From: Magnetococcales bacterium DC0425bin3
GTDB taxonomy: Bacteria > Pseudomonadota > Magnetococcia > Magnetococcales > DC0425bin3
Direction: 5' to 3'
Assembly: GCA_002753665.1 (NCBI GenBank)
Contig: PEAP01000002.1
Coordinates: 14,365 to 78,364 of the forward strand
Length of the DNA stretch: 64,000 bases
The notes beneath the pieces are model-generated. The model ran no database searches. It had not been told where the DNA came from and saw only the letters and a program-made list of their open reading frames with translations. A program made the translations under genes and the position numbers. Positions 60,855 through 64,000 of this stretch are shown one piece after another (positions within the stretch are counted from its first letter, which is position 1; every line of letters begins with the position of its first letter).

Positions 60855-61616
60855 ATGAATCCACTGCGTGGCTTGCTGGCCCGCTGGCGGCCACCCGCCC
60901 GTCCGGCCGCTGCGGTCCAACAGTCCCCGACCTTCGATATCGAACAGGACCGGGACTTCATGGAACTGCACCGCCGGTGCGACTCCTACACCGCCACCTC
61001 GATCCAGAAGCAGTATGCCCTCTACCAGGCCATCCGCCATGTGGTGGGGAACGCCGTTCCGGGCGATTTCGTCGAATGCGGCGTATTCCGGGGAGGCAGC
61101 ACCATGCTGGCGGCCTGGGCCCTGCGGCAGTTCGGGGATACCTCCCGGACGCTCTACCTGTACGATACCTTCTCTGGCATGGCCGAACCGACCCAGGTGG
61201 ACCGCAGACTGGGGGGAGAGGCCGGGGGACCCATCCAGAACTGGCAGCGCCAGAACCGGGGTGCCCACAACGACTGGTGCTACTGTTCCCTGGAGGATGT
61301 GCAGGCCAACTTGGCGCTGACCGGCTATCCCCCGGAGCGGATGATCTTCGTGGCGGGCAAGGTGGAAGATACCCTGCCGGTCACCCGGCCGGCCGCGGTG
61401 GCGATTCTGCGGCTGGACACCAATTTCTACGAGTCGACCCGGCAGGAGATGCGACATCTGTATCCGCTGCTGGCGGTCAACGGCATCCTGCTGCTGGACA
61501 GTTACGGCAACTGGGTCGGCACCCGTCAGGCGGTGGACGAATACCTGGCCGGGACCGGACAGCCGCTGTTCCTGTCCCGCATCGACAAGTCGGGGCGGAT
61601 TGCCGTCAAGACCTGA
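60855..61616 (+). CDS. TylF/MycF/NovP-family O-methyltransferase-like protein
   Basis: GDFVECGVFRGGS, LYDTFSG, GKVEDTLP, LRLDT..YEST. Confidence 0.88.
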   Translation: MNPLRGLLARWRPPARPAAAVQQSPTFDIEQDRDFMELHRRCDSYTATSIQKQYALYQAIRHVVGNAVPGDFVECGVFRGGSTMLAAWALRQFGDTSRTLYLYDTFSGMAEPTQVDRRLGGEAGGPIQNWQRQNRGAHNDWCYCSLEDVQANLALTGYPPERMIFVAGKVEDTLPVTRPAAVAILRLDTNFYESTRQEMRHLYPLLAVNGILLLDSYGNWVGTRQAVDEYLAGTGQPLFLSRIDKSGRIAVKT

Positions 61617-61619
61617 ACG

Positions 61620-61691
61620 AACTTTGATGGATGGGGGAGGCTTCCCTCCACCCTCCACCGATGAAAGCCGCTCCGCGACTTTCACGGTAAC
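61620..61691 (+). repeat. Dispersed palindromic element, copy J (full)
   Basis: AACTTTGATGGATGGGGGAGGCTTCCCTCCACCCTCCACCGATGAAAGCCGC-TCC-GCGACTTTCACGGTAAC. Confidence 0.92.
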
Positions 61692-61709
61692 AACAGGGGG
61701 ATCTTCGGG

Positions 61710-62867
61710 GTGCGGGCCGTCTATGTTGGGGATGTGGACTTGGTGGACAACCGCCGGGCCCATGCCATCCAGATGCTCAAGAACGCCCAGGCCTGGGCCC
61801 GGGCCGTGCCGGATTTCGAAATGCTCACGGTGGTGGAGCCCCGCCACTGGTGGCGCTGCCACTGGCATGGTCTGGCGGATTATTATGGCCTGGAGCAGCC
61901 GTTCTCCCTGGTGGGCCTGCCGGTGGCCCAGTGGCTGAAGTCGGATCATGCCTTGCTGCGCCGGCTGTTTCCGTGGCTGGTCGCCCGGCGTTGCGCCCGG
62001 CGCCGGGTCGATCTGATCTTCGCTCGCAACTACGCCGTGGCCGGACCGGCCCTGGACCGGGGACTGGCGGTGCTGGTCGAAACCCATTCCCCCCCCGGGG
62101 CCGACCCCGAACAGCGGCTGTTGGATGAACGGCTGGACGATCCCAACCTGCTGGGGGTGGTGACCATCAGCGCGGCCCTGGCCCGGCGCTATCGGGCGGC
62201 GGGATACCCGGCGGACCGGCTGCTGGTGGCCCCCGACGGGGTGGATCTGGAACGCTTCGCCGATCCCTTGGACCGGACCACGGCCCGGATCCGATTGGGT
62301 CTGGATCCCCGGCGGCCCCTGGCGGTCTATGCCGGTCACCTGTACGCGGGCCGGGGCATCGAGGAGATCCTGGTGGCGGCCCGGATCCGGCAGGACATGG
62401 ATTTTCTCCTGGTGGGCGGGTTCCCGGGGGATGTGAAGAAATGGCGGGACCGGGCCGCGGGGGAGGGGCTCGGCAACGTCACCTTGGCCGGCTTCGTCGC
62501 CAACGCCAGCCTGCCCCCCTACCTGTGGGCGGCCGATTGCCTGCTGATGCCCTACGGCACCGGCTGTCCCACGGCGGACTGGATGTCGCCCCTGAAGATG
62601 TTCGAATATCTGGCCGCCGGCCGGGTGCTGGTGGCCACCGACCTGCCGGCGCTGCGGGAGGTATTGCGCCACGGCGAAAACGCCCTGCTGGTGCCACCGG
62701 ACGACGGCCCGGCCCTGGCCCGGGCGCTGGGGGAGATCCTGGCGGCCCCGGAACGGGCCGCGGCCCTGGCCGCCCAGGGGCTGGCCGACGTGGTGCCCTT
62801 CAGCTGGGACCAGCGGGTGGCCCGGATCCTGGAGTTCGCCCGCCAGCGCCGTCCTGATCTGGGCTGA
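61710..62867 (+). CDS. Glycosyltransferase family 4
   Basis: PDGVD..RF, YAGHL..GRG, SPLKMFEYLAAG; GTG start. Confidence 0.9.
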   Translation: MRAVYVGDVDLVDNRRAHAIQMLKNAQAWARAVPDFEMLTVVEPRHWWRCHWHGLADYYGLEQPFSLVGLPVAQWLKSDHALLRRLFPWLVARRCARRRVDLIFARNYAVAGPALDRGLAVLVETHSPPGADPEQRLLDERLDDPNLLGVVTISAALARRYRAAGYPADRLLVAPDGVDLERFADPLDRTTARIRLGLDPRRPLAVYAGHLYAGRGIEEILVAARIRQDMDFLLVGGFPGDVKKWRDRAAGEGLGNVTLAGFVANASLPPYLWAADCLLMPYGTGCPTADWMSPLKMFEYLAAGRVLVATDLPALREVLRHGENALLVPPDDGPALARALGEILAAPERAAALAAQGLADVVPFSWDQRVARILEFARQRRPDLG

Positions 62868-62875
62868 TTTTCCTC

Positions 62876-63499
62876 TCCCCCATCTCACCACGACCGTGGC
62901 ACGAAGTCCGGGCTGTTGGCCAGGATGACGCTCTCGCCGGACTGGACGATGAGGAACAGGCCTTCGTTCATGGCGAAGCGTTTCACGTTGTCCTCGACCA
63001 CGATACCCGCCACGGCGCCCATCACCTTTTTATCGGCATATTCTTTGAAGAACTCCTTGAATTCCGCCAGCCGCCGCAGGTGATCCAGCACGTCGTCGTG
63101 GGAGAGTTTGCTTTTCACTTCCACGGGGATGACCACGCCATCGTCCACCACCAGCAGGTCGATTTCCATTTGGCGGTTGCCTGGCAACCTGGCTTTGACC
63201 CTGCGGCTGACCTTGTAGACCGGGATGCCGCGGTCGGCGAACAGGGTTTCGCAGGCCGGGGCGACCATTTCTTCCACGAACTCCCCCCAGCGGTTGCCGA
63301 ACCGGCCCAGCTCCTGTTGGAGGCGGGCGAAATCCCGATCCGACTTTTCCTGGCGGCGATCCATTTTTTCCTGAAAGGCTGTCATCTCGGCCTTGCGGCT
63401 CTCCTCTTCGGCCTTGCGGCTCTCCTCTTCGGCCTTGCGGCGCTCTTCCTCGGCCTTGCGGCGCTCTTCCTCGGCCTTGCGGCGCTCTTCCTCGGCCTT
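62876..63499 (-). repeat. Right arm of long inverted repeat (pairs with 1-624)
   Basis: Reverse complement matches 1-624 as read. Confidence 0.92.
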
Positions 63500-63715
63500 G
63501 CGACTCTCCTCTTCGGCCTTGCGGCGCTCTTCCTCGGCCTTGCGACTCTCCTCTTCGGCCTTGCGGCGCTCTTCCTCGGCCTTGCGACGCTCTTCTTCGG
63601 CCTTGCGGTGGTCTTCCTGACGCTGGCGTTCCCAAGCCTCCTGGGACTGCCGGAACAGGCGGTTGGTTTCCTCGAACAGCTTCCAGATGTCGTCGATGGT
63701 TACGGTGCGGGACAT
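62885..63715 (-). CDS. DUF3782-like coiled-coil / PD-(D/E)XK nuclease-fold protein, copy 2 (complete)
   Basis: AGGAGG RBS; MSRTVTIDDIWKLFEET, heptad repeats, EIDLL..VEVKSK. Confidence 0.88.
   Translation of the reverse strand: MSRTVTIDDIWKLFEETNRLFRQSQEAWERQRQEDHRKAEEERRKAEEERRKAEEESRKAEEERRKAEEESRKAEEERRKAEEERRKAEEERRKAEEESRKAEEESRKAEMTAFQEKMDRRQEKSDRDFARLQQELGRFGNRWGEFVEEMVAPACETLFADRGIPVYKVSRRVKARLPGNRQMEIDLLVVDDGVVIPVEVKSKLSHDDVLDHLRRLAEFKEFFKEYADKKVMGAVAGIVVEDNVKRFAMNEGLFLIVQSGESVILANSPDFVPRSW
63386..63607 (-). repeat. 21-bp coding tandem repeat, 10.5 units
   Basis: RKAEEE[R/S] x10 + RKAE; unit order R,R,S,R,S,R,R,R,S,S. Confidence 0.95.
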
Positions 63716-63755
63716 GGGCCTGGGCCTCCTGTGAACGAAATCGGTTTCATCCGCC

Positions 63756-63764
63756 ATGATAGCA
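63756..63764 (-). promoter_or_regulatory. Putative extended -10 promoter of DUF3782-like copy 2
   Basis: TGCTATCAT ~40 bp upstream of ATG 63715. Confidence 0.45.
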
Positions 63765-63835
63765 GGACGGCCGGTTCGGTTGGAATCGTGGCCTGGAGCG
63801 TTGCGTTCTTCACCTGCGCAATGGTGATCCCACGA

Positions 63836-63887
63836 GGCCTCCCTCCACCCTCCACCGATGAAAGCCGGTTTCCGGCTTCCACGGTAA
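63836..63887 (+). repeat. Dispersed palindromic element, copy K (main-hairpin half)
   Basis: GGCCTCCCTCCACCCTCCACCGATGAAAGCCGG-TTT-CCGGCTTCCACGGTAA. Confidence 0.9.
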
Positions 63888-64000
63888 GAGGGAATGGCCT
63901 GTTCGGGAGGCACACCCTTCAGGGTCTGGTTTCCATCCAGGTTTCGGCCTGGCCATGGAGACCCTGGCGGTCGGCCATCTGCCGCACATGTTCCACGAAT

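Overview
GC-rich bacterial chromosomal segment. Gene content suggests a microaerophilic/anaerobic proteobacterium, possibly Magnetococcales-like (inference). The window is bracketed by two identical, inverted copies of a DUF3782-like coiled-coil/PD-(D/E)XK gene (1-624 and 62876-63499). Between them lie: (1) a translationally coupled operon with a divergent PurH paralogue, four radical SAM enzymes, two TIGR04076-type Cys proteins, an SDR and a glycosyltransferase-like gene; (2) a sigma54-controlled multiheme cytochrome island (CbcL-like nonaheme/cyt b, HAO-like octaheme, heptaheme + cyt b + OTR-like octaheme, NapC); (3) pqiABC, malonyl-CoA decarboxylase and an orphan, degenerate CARF-RelE (Cami1-like) gene; (4) two further surface-glycan loci and an MBOAT/FkbH module; (5) the housekeeping run maf-rplU-rpmA-obgE-proB-proA-nadD-rsfS-rlmH, ispB and tRNA-Pro(CGG). 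About ten copies of a ~70-bp two-hairpin dispersed repeat with compensatory base changes are scattered across the window. Its two halves also appear to bracket the DUF3782-like gene, suggesting a possibly undescribed mobile element with miniature derivatives. All assignments come from reading motifs by eye; no database searches were run.
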